NCBI GenBank assembly: GCA_902784435.1
Contig: CACZUR010000001.1
Location: forward strand, 16,144 to 80,143
Reading direction: 5' to 3'
Source of the DNA: an uncultured Bacteroidia bacterium
GTDB taxonomy: Bacteria; Bacteroidota; Bacteroidia; Bacteroidales; UBA932
Length of the DNA stretch: 64,000 nucleotides
The notes beneath the pieces were generated by a model. That model worked only from the letters and a program-made list of their open reading frames with translations, did not search any database and had not been told where the DNA came from. The position numbers were made by a program, and so were the translations under genes. Numbering within the stretch: position 1 is the first letter of the stretch; each line of letters opens with the position of its first letter. Shown here one piece after another: positions 34,925 to 46,269 of this stretch.

Positions 34925-36067
34925 ATGTTCAAATTCTCGCGCATAGCTTCCGATCCCGCTTCCGCCGCCCGCGCAGGGGTCATTTCCACGGACCATGGGG
35001 AAATCCAGACCCCCATTTTCATGCCGGTGGGAACGGTAGGCTCCGTCAAAGGAGTCTATCACCGGGACCTGAAAGAGGATATCGGCGCGCAGATTATCCT
35101 GGGCAATACCTATCATCTGTACCTGCGCCCCGGCCTGGACACTTTGTACAAGGCCGGCGGGCTGCACCGGTTCGAGCACTGGGACCGCCCCATCCTCACG
35201 GACAGCGGCGGCTTCCAGGTGTTTTCCCTCGCCCCCATCCGCAAACTCACGGAGGAGGGATGCCGCTTCTGTTCGCACATAGACGGCAGCAAGCACATCT
35301 TCACGCCCGAAAACAACGTGGACACCCAGCGCATCATCGGGGCCGATATCGTGATGGCCCTGGACGAATGCTGCCCCGGCGATGCAGACCCGGTCTACGC
35401 GGCTAAGTCCCTGAAACTCACCCAGGGCTGGCTGGAGCGTTTTGCCCGGCACTTTGACCAGACGGAGCCCCTGTACGGCTATCAGCAGGTGATGTTCCCC
35501 ATCATCCAGGGCTGTGTGTACCCGGAACTCCGGCAGCAGGCCGTAGAGCATGCCTTACAGTTGGACAACGACAACCGCGGCGGTTATGCCGTGGGCGGCC
35601 TGGCAGTGGGGGAGCCCACCGAAAAGATGTACGAGATGCTGGAAGTCACCTGCCCGCTGCTCCCGCAGGACAAGCCCCGTTACCTGATGGGCGTGGGCAC
35701 CCCGGCCAACATCCTGGAAGGCATCGCCCGCGGAATAGACATGTTCGACTGCGTGATGCCCACCCGCAACGGCCGCAACGGCATGCTTTTCACCTGGAAC
35801 GGCATCATGAACATGCGCAATGCCAAGTGGGCCGCAGACTTCGGCCCGCTGGATCCCCAGGGCGCATCCTTTGTAGACAGCTATTATTCCAGGGCCTACA
35901 TCCGTCACCTGTTCGTGGCAGGGGAAATGTTTGCCGCGATGGTGGCCTCGGAGCACAACCTGGCCTTCTACCTGGACCTGGTGCGTGTGGCAAGGGAACA
36001 CATCCTGGAAGGGGATTTCCTTGCCTGGAAAAACGCCATGGTCCCTAAACTGATGCAGCGCCTATGA
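34925..36067 (+). CDS. tgt: tRNA-guanine transglycosylase
   Basis: TPIFMPVGT, NTYHL, TDSGGFQV, DEC, GGLAVGE and FDCVMPTR motifs. Confidence 0.97.
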   Translation: MFKFSRIASDPASAARAGVISTDHGEIQTPIFMPVGTVGSVKGVYHRDLKEDIGAQIILGNTYHLYLRPGLDTLYKAGGLHRFEHWDRPILTDSGGFQVFSLAPIRKLTEEGCRFCSHIDGSKHIFTPENNVDTQRIIGADIVMALDECCPGDADPVYAAKSLKLTQGWLERFARHFDQTEPLYGYQQVMFPIIQGCVYPELRQQAVEHALQLDNDNRGGYAVGGLAVGEPTEKMYEMLEVTCPLLPQDKPRYLMGVGTPANILEGIARGIDMFDCVMPTRNGRNGMLFTWNGIMNMRNAKWAADFGPLDPQGASFVDSYYSRAYIRHLFVAGEMFAAMVASEHNLAFYLDLVRVAREHILEGDFLAWKNAMVPKLMQRL

Positions 36068-37158
36068 TGGGAATCAAAAAGCTGGACGGCTACATTATCC
36101 GCAAGTTTCTGGTGACATTTTTCATGTCCATCCTCTTTCTTGCGGTCATCATCGTCATCTTCGACATCAGCGAGAAGATTGACGACTTCGTCAAATACGA
36201 CGTCCCCGTCAAAAGCATCATCCTGGACTACTACGTGAACTTCGTGCCGGCGTTTATCAACAAGTACGCGCCCATGTTCGTGTTCCTGACGGTCATTTTC
36301 TTCACCTCCAAGATGACCCAGGACTCGGAGGTGGTGGCCATCCTTTCCAGCGGTATCAGTTACCATCGGCTCATGGTACCGTACCTGATATCGGCCGCCA
36401 TCATCGCCAGCCTGTCCCTGTTCATGGGTATGTGGATCATCCCGCACGCCAACGCCGTCCGGGTAGACTTCGAGATGAAGTACAACACCTATATGAAAAA
36501 CCAGGTGAAGCAGGGGCACGACATGCACTACAAGCTGGAGGACGACCATTTCGTGTACTTCGAAAGCTTCAGCGGCTACAACAATACAGCCTACAACTTT
36601 ACGCTGGAAGACCTTTCCGGCGGGCATCTGCGCTCCAAGATTACGGCCGAATCGGCCCAGTTCGACACGGTGAGCGGTGCCTGGCGGCTGCGCAACTACT
36701 TCATCCGGGATTACGACGAGGGCCTGCAGGACCGCATCCGTTCCGGCCGGCAGATGGACACCGTCCTCAGCCTCACGCGGGACGACTTCTTCATCAACCG
36801 TTTCACCATTGAAAAGCTGAACCAGAAGGAACTGGAACAGCTCATCCAGACGCAGCTGCACCGCGGCGACGCCTCGGTGTCGGACGCCCAGATGGAAAAG
36901 CACAACCGCTATTCGCTGCCTTTCTCCGTGTTCATCCTCACCATCATCGGCGTGGCCCTGTGCACCAAGAAAAAGCGTGGAGGCATGGGCTGGAACCTGG
37001 CTGCCGGAACGGCGCTGGGCTTCTCCTATATCCTGTTCATGCAGTTCAGCAAAATGTTCGTGGTCACGGACACCCTGCCCGCCCACGTGGCCGTATGGCT
37101 GCCCAATTACCTGTACATGGCCATCGCGGCATTCCTGTATCTCAAAGCACCCAAATAA
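36064..37158 (+). CDS. LptF/LptG family LPS export permease
   Basis: [19 protein letters not shown] and six TM segments around a periplasmic domain. Confidence 0.88.
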   Translation: MMGIKKLDGYIIRKFLVTFFMSILFLAVIIVIFDISEKIDDFVKYDVPVKSIILDYYVNFVPAFINKYAPMFVFLTVIFFTSKMTQDSEVVAILSSGISYHRLMVPYLISAAIIASLSLFMGMWIIPHANAVRVDFEMKYNTYMKNQVKQGHDMHYKLEDDHFVYFESFSGYNNTAYNFTLEDLSGGHLRSKITAESAQFDTVSGAWRLRNYFIRDYDEGLQDRIRSGRQMDTVLSLTRDDFFINRFTIEKLNQKELEQLIQTQLHRGDASVSDAQMEKHNRYSLPFSVFILTIIGVALCTKKKRGGMGWNLAAGTALGFSYILFMQFSKMFVVTDTLPAHVAVWLPNYLYMAIAAFLYLKAPK

Positions 37159-37592
37159 TGAAGGTCAGAATCGTCAACCACTCTCCCTATCCCTGCCCGG
37201 CATATGCCACGGAGCAAAGCGCCGGCATGGACCTGAAAGCCTGCCTGGATCAGCCTGTGGTGCTGCAGCCCCTGCAGCGCGCGCTCATTCCCACGGGCCT
37301 GTACATGGCCATTCCCAAGGGGTACGAAGCCCAGGTGAGGCCCCGCAGCGGCCTGGCCGCCAAGCACGGCATCACGGTACTCAATTCTCCGGGGACGGTA
37401 GACGCCGACTACAGGGGAGAGGTAAGGGTGATCCTGGTCAATCTGTCGGACCGGGCATTTACCGTAGAACCCGGGGAACGCATCGCCCAGATGGTCATCG
37501 CCCGCCATGAACAGGTGGAGTGGGAAGAGGTGGAAGTCCTGGACGAAACGGAACGCGGCGCCGGTGGCTTCGGCAGTACCGGAAAACAGTAA
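37158..37592 (+). CDS. dut: dUTP diphosphatase
   Basis: [21 protein letters not shown] and [10 protein letters not shown] motifs. Confidence 0.96.
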   Translation: MKVRIVNHSPYPCPAYATEQSAGMDLKACLDQPVVLQPLQRALIPTGLYMAIPKGYEAQVRPRSGLAAKHGITVLNSPGTVDADYRGEVRVILVNLSDRAFTVEPGERIAQMVIARHEQVEWEEVEVLDETERGAGGFGSTGKQ

Positions 37593-37596
37593 TAAT

Positions 37597-38862
37597 ATGG
37601 AAATCAGTCAGCTATATGCTATTTACAAGGCCTCTGAAGGCCTTTGTACCGATACCCGTACCCTTCGGCCCGGCCAGCTTTTCCTGGCGCTGAAGGGGGA
37701 GAATTTCAACGGTGACAACTTCGCCTTGCAGGCCCTGGAGGCCGGTGCCGCCTATGCGGTGGTGTCCGATGCCCTGGAGGCTTCCGACCCCCGCCTCATC
37801 CGGGTCCCGGACACGCTGGCCACGCTGCAGGCGCTGGCTGCGTATCACCGGCAGCAGTTCGATATTCCCGTCATCGGCCTTACCGGAACCAACGGAAAAA
37901 CCACTACCAAAGAGCTCATCAAGGCCGTGTTAAGCGCCAAGTACCGGGTAACGGCGACGGAGGGCAACCTGAACAACGACGTGGGCGTTCCGCTGAGCGT
38001 TTTCCGTATCGGCGAAGACACCGAGATAGCCATCATCGAGATGGGTGCCAGCCATCCGGAAGACCTACGTCCGCTGCTGGCGGTGGCTCAGCCCACCCAC
38101 GGGCTCATTACCAATGTGGGCAAGGCGCACCTGCTGGGCTTCGGCAGTTTCGAGGGGGTCAAACACGCCAAGGGCCTGTTGTACGACTACCTGAAGGAGC
38201 ACGACGGGATTGCCTTTGCCAATGCCGATGACCCCGACCTGCAGGAGATGCTCTGGGAGCGCGGACTCCCGCGCATTCCTTATGGAATGGACGGGGTGAC
38301 CGTGCTGCCCGCATCGGCCCGGTCGCCCTACCTTCAGTTGCAGTTCGCCGGCGGGGTATTGTCCACGCATCTGGTGGGCGCCTACAACGCCAACAACATT
38401 CTGGCGGCCCTCAAAATCGGCTGGTTCTTCGGGGTCCCCGAGGCCGATGCCTGGAAGGCCGTCAGCTCATACATTCCTTCAAACAACCGCTCTCAACTAC
38501 TTAAGACAGAAAAGAATACGCTTATCGTAGATGCCTACAACGCCAATCCTTCCTCCATGGCTGTCGCCTTGGATAACCTGGCTCTGACGGAGGGCCGGAA
38601 GGTGGCTCTCCTGGGAGAGATGCGGGAACTGGGCGCGGATGCTGCCGCCGAGCACAAGAAGATCGTGGAGCGTCTGCAGGGCACGGAGGCCTATCTGGTA
38701 GGGGAAGCGTTTGCCAAGGCCGCAGAGGGTACGGATATTCCCGTATTCGCCAGTTCAGACCAACTGGCGTCCTACCTGCACGAACACCCGCTTGAGGGAT
38801 GCACCGTGCTGGTCAAAGGCTCCCGCGGAACGCGGATGGAAAAGGTTATTCCTTCCCTTTAA
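37597..38862 (+). CDS. murF: UDP-MurNAc-tripeptide--D-Ala-D-Ala ligase
   Basis: DTR, TGTNGKTTTKE, GNLNN, DAYNANP and KGSRG motifs. Confidence 0.95.
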   Translation: MEISQLYAIYKASEGLCTDTRTLRPGQLFLALKGENFNGDNFALQALEAGAAYAVVSDALEASDPRLIRVPDTLATLQALAAYHRQQFDIPVIGLTGTNGKTTTKELIKAVLSAKYRVTATEGNLNNDVGVPLSVFRIGEDTEIAIIEMGASHPEDLRPLLAVAQPTHGLITNVGKAHLLGFGSFEGVKHAKGLLYDYLKEHDGIAFANADDPDLQEMLWERGLPRIPYGMDGVTVLPASARSPYLQLQFAGGVLSTHLVGAYNANNILAALKIGWFFGVPEADAWKAVSSYIPSNNRSQLLKTEKNTLIVDAYNANPSSMAVALDNLALTEGRKVALLGEMRELGADAAAEHKKIVERLQGTEAYLVGEAFAKAAEGTDIPVFASSDQLASYLHEHPLEGCTVLVKGSRGTRMEKVIPSL

Positions 38863-39430
38863 GCAGAAGGCGGGCGGTCAGCCAGGCAAGTCCCCAGCCC
38901 ATCGTGAGCCCGAAGAGGCTTCCCACCAGGATGTCGCCCAGATAATGGGCGGCCAGCATGGTGCGGCTCAGGGCCACCAGGGCGGCCCACACCATCATCA
39001 CACTGCCGTAAATGCCGTAACGGTGCTCCCGGTCATTGAGCTGCAGGCCCAGCCACGAGCAGGTGGCAAAGCCGAATACATTGCTGGCGTGGCTGGAAAA
39101 AAAGCCGTACAGGCCCATGTCCGTGCCGTCCGGGCACAGGACACCGCCGGCCTGCATCCAGGGGTCGTGGCAAGGCCGAAGGCGCATCACGGAGTTCTTG
39201 ACCAGGACGGAAATCTGGTCGGTGAGCACCACCAGCAAAATGAGGGACAGCACTACGGCCAGGCCTTTCTTCCAGCCCAGCCGCCAAATGATGAACGCCA
39301 TGATCAGGGCATACATCGGATACCAGATCTCGGCCTCTGACAGCACGTGCCAGAAGGGATTCAGAAACGGGGGATTGGCCTGGTTCACCCACAGCGTAAG
39401 CTGCTGGTCTAGCTGGACAAGGCTTTCCAT
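38846..39430 (-). CDS. PAP2 family phosphatase
   Basis: K...RLRP, FSSHA and SR...AHYLGD motifs. Confidence 0.88.
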   Translation of the reverse strand: MESLVQLDQQLTLWVNQANPPFLNPFWHVLSEAEIWYPMYALIMAFIIWRLGWKKGLAVVLSLILLVVLTDQISVLVKNSVMRLRPCHDPWMQAGGVLCPDGTDMGLYGFFSSHASNVFGFATCSWLGLQLNDREHRYGIYGSVMMVWAALVALSRTMLAAHYLGDILVGSLFGLTMGWGLAWLTARLLLKGKE

Positions 39431-40401
39431 AGGGCTTCCTTGAGTTCGTTCAGGCCCGTTTGGGCTACGGAGGAGATAAAGACGTGCGGAATATCGGCCG
39501 GGAGCTTCTTTTCGATCCTGGCGCGCTGCTTCTCATCGATGAGGTCTGTCTTGGTAATGGCCAGCACGCGCTCTTTGACCAGCAGTTCCGGGTTGTATTC
39601 CTGCAGTTCGTTCAGCAGCACCTTGTAACACTTGGCCACATCGGGTTCGTCGGCCGCGATCATGAACAGCAGCACGGAATTGCGCTCGATGTGACGGAGG
39701 AAGCGCGTTCCGATGCCCCTCCCTTCGTGGGCACCCTCGATAATGCCGGGTATGTCGGCCATCACAAAGGAACGGTCGTCGAAATAGCGCACGATGCCCA
39801 GATTGGGTTCCAGCGTAGTAAAGGCATAATTGGCAATCTTGGGCTTGGCCGATGTGACGGCGGCCAGCAAGGTGCTTTTCCCGGCGTTGGGGAAACCCAC
39901 CAGACCTACGTCGGCCAGCACTTTGAGCTCCAGGATGAACCAGCCTTCCACGCCTTCTCCGCCGGGCTGGGCGAAGCGGGGCGTCTGGTTGGTGGCGGTC
40001 TTGAAATGGTCGTTGCCCCAGCCGCCCTTTCCGCCCCGGCACAGGATGTATTCCTGGTCTTTCTCTACCAGTTCGGTGATGACTTCTTCGGTTTCTGCAT
40101 CCTTTACAACCACGCCCTGGGGCACTTCCAGGACGATATCGGCCCCGTTCTTGCCCCGTTTCAGGGCCTCGGCGCCGTTGCCGCCGTTTTCGGCCCGCAC
40201 CACTTTGCGGTAGCGCAGGTGGATGAGGGTCCACAGCTGCGGATTCACCCGGAGGATGATGTGGCCGCCCCGGCCGCCGTCGCCGCCGTCGGGACCGCCT
40301 TTGGGCACATATTTGGCGCGGTGCAGGTGGGCACTGCCGGCCCCGCCGTGTCCGCTGGCGCAGAAGATGCGCACGTAGTCTATGAAGTTGCTTTCTGCCA
40401 T
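39409..40401 (-). CDS. obgE: GTPase ObgE
   Basis: [29 protein letters not shown] and TKTD motifs. Confidence 0.97.
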   Translation of the reverse strand: MAESNFIDYVRIFCASGHGGAGSAHLHRAKYVPKGGPDGGDGGRGGHIILRVNPQLWTLIHLRYRKVVRAENGGNGAEALKRGKNGADIVLEVPQGVVVKDAETEEVITELVEKDQEYILCRGGKGGWGNDHFKTATNQTPRFAQPGGEGVEGWFILELKVLADVGLVGFPNAGKSTLLAAVTSAKPKIANYAFTTLEPNLGIVRYFDDRSFVMADIPGIIEGAHEGRGIGTRFLRHIERNSVLLFMIAADEPDVAKCYKVLLNELQEYNPELLVKERVLAITKTDLIDEKQRARIEKKLPADIPHVFISSVAQTGLNELKEALWKALSS

Positions 40402-40428
40402 AACGCTGCAAAGGTAACGATTAATATA

Positions 40429-42486
40429 CTACAGGGAGTCCGTAAGGGCAATCTTCACGGCCAGCCAGCTGATATGTGCATCTTCCGGTTTCCGGATATC
40501 CGGGAACGGAACCATGTTATTATGGGTTTGCCGCAATTCGTCCACTGCGCCGTCCGTATAGCCCGACACCTGCAGGGCGGCCATCCAGTGCTGGTGCTCC
40601 TGGGCGGCCAGATAGGACAGATGGGTGTAAGGGTGTCCTTTCTGCGGATAATGGCTGTCTTCGTACACGGCAGGAATGTCCCGGGCGGCTTCCCGGATGC
40701 CAGGCGTGGCAAATTCCTGCAAGGTGTTCACATATAGGGCCCGGCTGATATCCATGGCCTGCCTCCTGCGCAGTTCCTTGCGGCTTTCCAGCGGATTGCT
40801 CCCTTCTTTGGTGAGGCGCAGTTTGCGCTCGTCCCAGGTTTCCCGTACCAGGCCTGCATCCCGGTAGGCGTTCAGGTAATGGATAGAGGCCTCTTTCAGG
40901 GATTTTCCGGAGATATTGTTGCTCTTCCAGATGTCGTCGCCCCGCCCGAAAACGCGCAGGACCTGAACACCCTGGGGGCAGTAAGCCCTGTTGTAGTAGT
41001 CGATGAGCCGGAGGGTTTCACTGTCGGTGTCCGAGCCCCGCATCAAGATGACGAAACGGCTCAGGTCCTTGTGTACGCGGGCTGCCTTCTGCAGCATGGC
41101 AATGCCCAGTTCCACGTTTTTGCGTCCCTGGTCCATGCCGATAACCACATACTGCAGGCTGTCCAGGCGGGCGTCGAAATCCTGCCAGAAGTTGTCTTCT
41201 CCGGCGGCATCGGCCGACCATTCCAGGCCCGGTACCGAGCGCATGGCGGGGGCCTGGCTCAGGAACTGACCCTTGCGCATCTGGATGGCGGGATCTACGA
41301 TGCGGATGCTCATGGGCGCGGGTAGCCGGTCCTTCCCCACGAAAGAACCGTATTCATACAGGAAACGCAGGGCTTCCTGCCCGGAGTCGGCAAAGCCCAC
41401 GATCATGGCCTGCAGGCCCTGATTGACATAGCCCAGGGGCTCTCCCTTGGCATTCAGGGCTTTGTCCACGAAATGGACGGGCATCAGTTCCGGGTGCTCC
41501 AGCTTTAACTGCATGAAGGACAGGTAATGCGGATCTAAAAGCCGGATGCGCTGATGATCCATGCTTGCGCATACCAGAGACTCGTACGAGAGGGACGAAT
41601 GCGCATAGTAAAAGACTTTGGCGGCGATAGCCTTATCCTCTTTTACGGCTTTGAGCAGGGCGAAATTGTCTTCCTCGTTGTCCGAAAGGATGTAGACATT
41701 GCTGTGGGAATTGCACAGCCAGGGTTCCAGCTTGTCCAGCGAAAGGGCTTTGCCCAGGTGGCCGGTCTTTTCCCGCGGCATCTTGCCTTTGAGCAGGACG
41801 AAGGCGTCGCTGCCCAGTTCGTCTTCCAGAGTGCGTTCTTTTTCCCGGCCGAAGATATTGGAGATGAGTTCGCCGATGGAAAGCTCCGATTTGTGGCTGT
41901 GGGCGTCGGGGAATTCCACGAAGATCATCTGCATTCCGCCTTTGGCCCTGTCTTCCTTTAAAATGTTGTATGCCAGGTGTTTGGACTGCTGATTGATGCC
42001 CAGGAAGATGTGGTTTTTACGCTTTTGGCCGGCTTCCCGGCGGTGCATCCTTAACCAGGTGCGGTCCCGCAGACTGCGCGGAACGATGAGCAGCGCGATG
42101 CTGAGGGTGTAGGTGAGTACGAAGAGGAAGATGCTCACATAGGCCAGCAGGAGCAGCGGCTCCCGGAAAATGACGGCGGCAATGATATCGTCAAAGACCA
42201 CGGTATGGCCGATGAACATCTCCAGGGCTGCCGCGGCGGATACCAGCACCAGTTGAATCCAGTTTCCGTCCGTTACCGTGTGCGAAGAGCGGGACAGCAG
42301 GACTACGTGGATGGCAGTAGCTGCCGCCAGCAGGAACAGGAAAATGACGCCGATCACTTTGCGGTGCCCTTTCCGGTTGAGCCGGATGAGCGAGGTGATG
42401 AAACACAGCAGGCAGAATACCAGGACAAGGGCCCAGAGAATCATGGCCGGCGTAGAGACGGGAAAATCTGGCAGGGAATGATGCAT
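40429..42486 (-). CDS. Membrane protein with Rossmann-like domains and a C-terminal RyR-like domain
   Basis: N-terminal TM helices; HIFLGIN and MIVGFADSG Rossmann-like strands; LAAQEHQHW...GY...HNNMVPF RyR-like motif. Confidence 0.65.
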   Translation of the reverse strand: MHHSLPDFPVSTPAMILWALVLVFCLLCFITSLIRLNRKGHRKVIGVIFLFLLAAATAIHVVLLSRSSHTVTDGNWIQLVLVSAAAALEMFIGHTVVFDDIIAAVIFREPLLLLAYVSIFLFVLTYTLSIALLIVPRSLRDRTWLRMHRREAGQKRKNHIFLGINQQSKHLAYNILKEDRAKGGMQMIFVEFPDAHSHKSELSIGELISNIFGREKERTLEDELGSDAFVLLKGKMPREKTGHLGKALSLDKLEPWLCNSHSNVYILSDNEEDNFALLKAVKEDKAIAAKVFYYAHSSLSYESLVCASMDHQRIRLLDPHYLSFMQLKLEHPELMPVHFVDKALNAKGEPLGYVNQGLQAMIVGFADSGQEALRFLYEYGSFVGKDRLPAPMSIRIVDPAIQMRKGQFLSQAPAMRSVPGLEWSADAAGEDNFWQDFDARLDSLQYVVIGMDQGRKNVELGIAMLQKAARVHKDLSRFVILMRGSDTDSETLRLIDYYNRAYCPQGVQVLRVFGRGDDIWKSNNISGKSLKEASIHYLNAYRDAGLVRETWDERKLRLTKEGSNPLESRKELRRRQAMDISRALYVNTLQEFATPGIREAARDIPAVYEDSHYPQKGHPYTHLSYLAAQEHQHWMAALQVSGYTDGAVDELRQTHNNMVPFPDIRKPEDAHISWLAVKIALTDSL

Positions 42487-42729
42487 AACGGTGCGTCTAG
42501 TTTACTTTGCAAATATATTAAAAATAATGGTATTCCCGCTTGCCCGAAGATAGAAAACCCGGGATAAATTATCGCTATTCGATATTAACAAAAATGTTAT
42601 CAATGCAAACAACTATGTTTTATTTACAAATAATCAATGTATTGTTAAATATTTTGGACAGGTGCTCTTATTTCCTTGTTTAAGGCATATGTATTTGCTT
42701 ATCTTGACAATAATCGCTATCTTTGAATG

Positions 42730-43419
42730 ATGGAAATGCTGGTCACAGATTTCTCCGGTACCTATGGTGCGCAAGGATTCCTGCAGGCACTGGAGCAGCG
42801 GCAGGCGGCGGTGGAGCGTTGTGACTTCTCGTCCCTGGACGGCACCTGTTGCTACTGCGATCCGGAGGCCCGCTCCCGACTGGAGGCGGCGCTCCCGGGG
42901 GAATTACCTCGGCTGCGTTTCCTGGACAGCGGAGACTATCATTATATGAGTCTCCTGCTGGCCCTCCGGGAAACGGAACCTTTCAGCCTGGTGCTGCTGG
43001 ACAACCACCCGGACAATCAGGAACCGGTTTTCCCCGGTGTCCTGAGTTGTGGCAGCTGGGTGCGGGATCTCCGGGAGGAGCAGCCCCTGCTGCGGGAAGT
43101 GCTTGCCATCGGCCCGGAAGGCTGCCCGGAAGACATTCCGGAAGGCTGGCTGGAAGCCAGGCGGGAAGAGCGCCTGTATGTGTCGCTGGACAAGGACATC
43201 ATGGACCGGCCTTATGCCCGTACGGACTGGTCGCAGGGGCGGTACACGCTTGCGCAGGTGAAGGACATCCTGGGGCGGCTCATGACCGGGGGAAAGGTAA
43301 TGGCGGCCGATGTGTGCGGGGAAGTGTCCCTGAGCAAGGGCGCCACCCCGGAGGACCTGAGGATTAATTTTGAGACAAACATTGAATTATATAAATTTAT
43401 AATTAACCATTTAAAGTAA
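42730..43419 (+). CDS. Arginase/ureohydrolase-fold protein
   Basis: DSGDYHY, LDNHPD, YVSLDKD and DVCGE motifs. Start is 42727, 42730 or 42736. Confidence 0.7.
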   Translation: MEMLVTDFSGTYGAQGFLQALEQRQAAVERCDFSSLDGTCCYCDPEARSRLEAALPGELPRLRFLDSGDYHYMSLLLALRETEPFSLVLLDNHPDNQEPVFPGVLSCGSWVRDLREEQPLLREVLAIGPEGCPEDIPEGWLEARREERLYVSLDKDIMDRPYARTDWSQGRYTLAQVKDILGRLMTGGKVMAADVCGEVSLSKGATPEDLRINFETNIELYKFIINHLK

Positions 43420-43429
43420 CGCTATAACT

Positions 43430-44548
43430 ATGTCAGACACACAGATTCCGCTGGAGGAGTTGCAGAAAACTTGTCTGTATCAGGCCCATCTGGACCTGAA
43501 CGCCAAGATGAGCCCCTTCGCCGGCTTTATGATGCCCATCCAGTACAGCAACATCACCCAGGAGCACCTGGCCGTGCGTCAGCGGGTGGGAATGTTCGAT
43601 GTATCCCACATGGGAGAGATTTTTGTGAAGGGCCCGGATGCGGAGGCCTTCATCAACCATATCTTCACCAACGAGATCCGGGGTTTCGACCCCGGCAAGG
43701 TGCTCTACGGCATGATGTGCTATCCGGACGGAGGCACGGTAGACGACCTCCTGGTGTACCGGGAATACCTCTCGGACCATTTCCTGCTGGTTGTGAACGC
43801 TTCCAACATCGAAAAGGACTTTGCCTGGATCCAGGAGCAGGCCAAGGGATACGACTGCCGGCTGGACAATGCGTCGGACCGGATCGGCCAGATTGCCGTC
43901 CAGGGCCCCGAGGCGGAGAAAACCGTCATGGAGGTACTGGGCTATCAGGAAGCCGCCCGGTTGGCTTTCTATACGTTCTGTGACGTGGAGTATAACGGGG
44001 AACGCCTGATCCTGAGCCGCACCGGCTACACCGGCGAAGACGGCTTTGAACTGTATACCACGCGGGAAAACACCGTGGAAATCTGGAAACGCCTGCTGGA
44101 AGCCGGCGTAGAGCCCTGCGGCCTGGGTTGCCGGGACACCCTGCGTTTCGAAGCCGGCCTGCCCCTGTACGGGGACGAACTCAGCCCGGAGATCTCTCCG
44201 GTGATGGCCGGTCTGGGGATGTTCTGCAAATTCGACAAGGATTTCGTGGGCAAAGAGGCCCTGCTGGACCAGAAGGCCGGCAACCTGCAGCAGAAGCTGG
44301 TGGGCATCGAAATCGAAGACAAGGCCATTCCGCGCGCCGGCTATCCCGTAGAACTGGAAGACGGCACCCAGGTGGGCGTCGTCACCACCGGCTATCACTC
44401 TATCTCGCTGGAAAAGAGCATATGCTTTGCCCTGGTGAACAAGGAATATGCGGCCCTGGACACCCCGCTGTGGATCCGCATCCGCAAGAAGACCTTCCCC
44501 GGGAAGGTGGTCAAAAAGAGATTTTATCAAACCAACTACAAAAAATAA
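43430..44548 (+). CDS. gcvT: Glycine cleavage system T protein
   Basis: MFDVSHMGE, SRTGYTGEDGFE and LRFEAGLPLYG motifs. Confidence 0.96.
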   Translation: MSDTQIPLEELQKTCLYQAHLDLNAKMSPFAGFMMPIQYSNITQEHLAVRQRVGMFDVSHMGEIFVKGPDAEAFINHIFTNEIRGFDPGKVLYGMMCYPDGGTVDDLLVYREYLSDHFLLVVNASNIEKDFAWIQEQAKGYDCRLDNASDRIGQIAVQGPEAEKTVMEVLGYQEAARLAFYTFCDVEYNGERLILSRTGYTGEDGFELYTTRENTVEIWKRLLEAGVEPCGLGCRDTLRFEAGLPLYGDELSPEISPVMAGLGMFCKFDKDFVGKEALLDQKAGNLQQKLVGIEIEDKAIPRAGYPVELEDGTQVGVVTTGYHSISLEKSICFALVNKEYAALDTPLWIRIRKKTFPGKVVKKRFYQTNYKK

Positions 44549-44554
44549 CACGCT

Positions 44555-44935
44555 ATGTCAAAGATTTTGGAAGGACTCAAGTATTCGGAGTCGCACGAAT
44601 GGGTAAAAGCAGAAGGAAATATCGCCTGGGTGGGCGTATCGGATTTTGCGCAGAAAGAAATGGGTGACATCACCTATGTGGACCTTCCGGAAGAAGGAGA
44701 CGATGTCCTGGCCGGGGAGGAATTCGGCGCGCTGGAAAGCGTGAAAGCGGCCTCGGACCTGATTTGCCCGGTCTCGGGCACCGTGGTGGCCGTGAACGCG
44801 GAACTGGAAGACACCCCGGAAAAGGTGAACGAGGACGCCTATGCCGCCTGGATCATCAAAGTGGAAATGTCGGATCCGTCCCAGGCCGATGCCCTGATGG
44901 ACGCAGCCGCCTATAAGGCTTTCATCGGCGAGTAA
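44555..44935 (+). CDS. gcvH: Glycine cleavage system H protein
   Basis: SHEWV and ESVKAA (lipoyl-Lys) motifs. Confidence 0.96.
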   Translation: MSKILEGLKYSESHEWVKAEGNIAWVGVSDFAQKEMGDITYVDLPEEGDDVLAGEEFGALESVKAASDLICPVSGTVVAVNAELEDTPEKVNEDAYAAWIIKVEMSDPSQADALMDAAAYKAFIGE

Positions 44936-44937
44936 GA

Positions 44938-46266
44938 ATGGCCCAGCTTCCTTATTTACCGCATACGGAAACGGATATCCGGCAGATGCTGGATAGGATC
45001 GGCGTGAAAAAGCTGGAAGACCTGTACAGCGACGTTCCCGCCGAATTCCTGAAAAAGGGCGCCTACGCCCTCCCGGACGCCATGTCCGAGCAGGAAATCC
45101 GCGACTACTTTGCCTCGCTGGAGGCCATGAATGCCTCGCTGAAGGTATTTGTGGGTCAGGGTGCATACGACCACTACACGCCGGCCGTCATCCCGTACCT
45201 GTGCTCCCGTTCGGAGTTCCTTACGGCCTATACGCCGTACCAGTGCGAGATTTCGCAGGGAACCCTCCGCTATATCTTCGAGTACCAGAGCATGATCTGC
45301 GCCCTCACGGGCCTGGACGTGTCCAACGCCTCCATGTACGACGGTCCCACGGCTGCCGCCGAGGCCATGAAGATGGCCATCGCCTGCACCCGCAAAAAGA
45401 CCCGCGTACTGCTGTCCAAGGCCCTTTTGCCGCATGTGATCAAGGTGGTGGAAACCTATGCCAAGTTCCATGGCGTGGAAATGGGCTACCTGGACGCCTC
45501 CGAAGGCCAGACCAGCCTGCAGGCACTGCGGGAAGAACTCTCCAGGGGAGATGTGGCGGGCGTGATCGTCCCGTCCGTCAACCGCTATGGCATCATCGAG
45601 GACCACAGCGGCTTTGCCGATGCCATCCACGCGGAAAAGGCCATCCTGGTGGAATACTGCGACCCGTCGGCCCTGGCGGTGGTCAAGACGCCCGGAGAAT
45701 GGGGCGCAGACATTGCCGTGGGTGACGGACAGTCCCTGGGCCTGCCGCTGTGCTATGGCGGTCCTTACGTGGGCTTTATGGCCGTTAAGAAAGAGCACAT
45801 GCGCAAGATGCCCGGCCGCATCGTTGGCCAGACGGTGGACAAAGAGGGCAGGCGAGTCTTCGTGCTCACCCTGCAGGCCCGCGAGCAGCACATCAAGCGG
45901 GAGAAAGCCACCTCCAACATCTGCTCCAACGAAAGCCTGATGGCCCTTTGGGTCACCATCTACCTTTCGCTCATGGGTCCGGAAGGACTGCGGGAAGTGA
46001 ACCGCATCAGCAGCGACGGCGCCCATTACCTGAAGGCCGAACTCCTGAAAACCGGAAAGTTCGACGACGTTTTCCCGGACAAGCCGTTCCTGAAAGAGTT
46101 TGTCCTCAAGCCCAAAGCGTTCCCGGGCCTGCTCCAGAAACGCCTGGAGGAGGCCGGCTTCTTCGCCGCCCTGGACACGGAGGAAGGCTATGTGAGTTTC
46201 TGCGTCACGGAAAAGCGCAGCAAGGAAGAAACAGACCGCCTGGTCGCAATCGTCAAGGAGGGCTAG
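44938..46266 (+). CDS. gcvPA: Glycine dehydrogenase subunit 1
   Basis: FLTAYTPYQ, NASMYDG and REQHIKREKATSNICSN motifs. Confidence 0.95.
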   Translation: MAQLPYLPHTETDIRQMLDRIGVKKLEDLYSDVPAEFLKKGAYALPDAMSEQEIRDYFASLEAMNASLKVFVGQGAYDHYTPAVIPYLCSRSEFLTAYTPYQCEISQGTLRYIFEYQSMICALTGLDVSNASMYDGPTAAAEAMKMAIACTRKKTRVLLSKALLPHVIKVVETYAKFHGVEMGYLDASEGQTSLQALREELSRGDVAGVIVPSVNRYGIIEDHSGFADAIHAEKAILVEYCDPSALAVVKTPGEWGADIAVGDGQSLGLPLCYGGPYVGFMAVKKEHMRKMPGRIVGQTVDKEGRRVFVLTLQAREQHIKREKATSNICSNESLMALWVTIYLSLMGPEGLREVNRISSDGAHYLKAELLKTGKFDDVFPDKPFLKEFVLKPKAFPGLLQKRLEEAGFFAALDTEEGYVSFCVTEKRSKEETDRLVAIVKEG

Positions 46267-46269
46267 AAT

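Noticed and set aside
42487-43429. Glycine riboswitch upstream of gcvT
   Set aside because: gcvT is 10 nt from the upstream CDS, and the promoter region is AT-rich with no aptamer motifs and essentially no leader.
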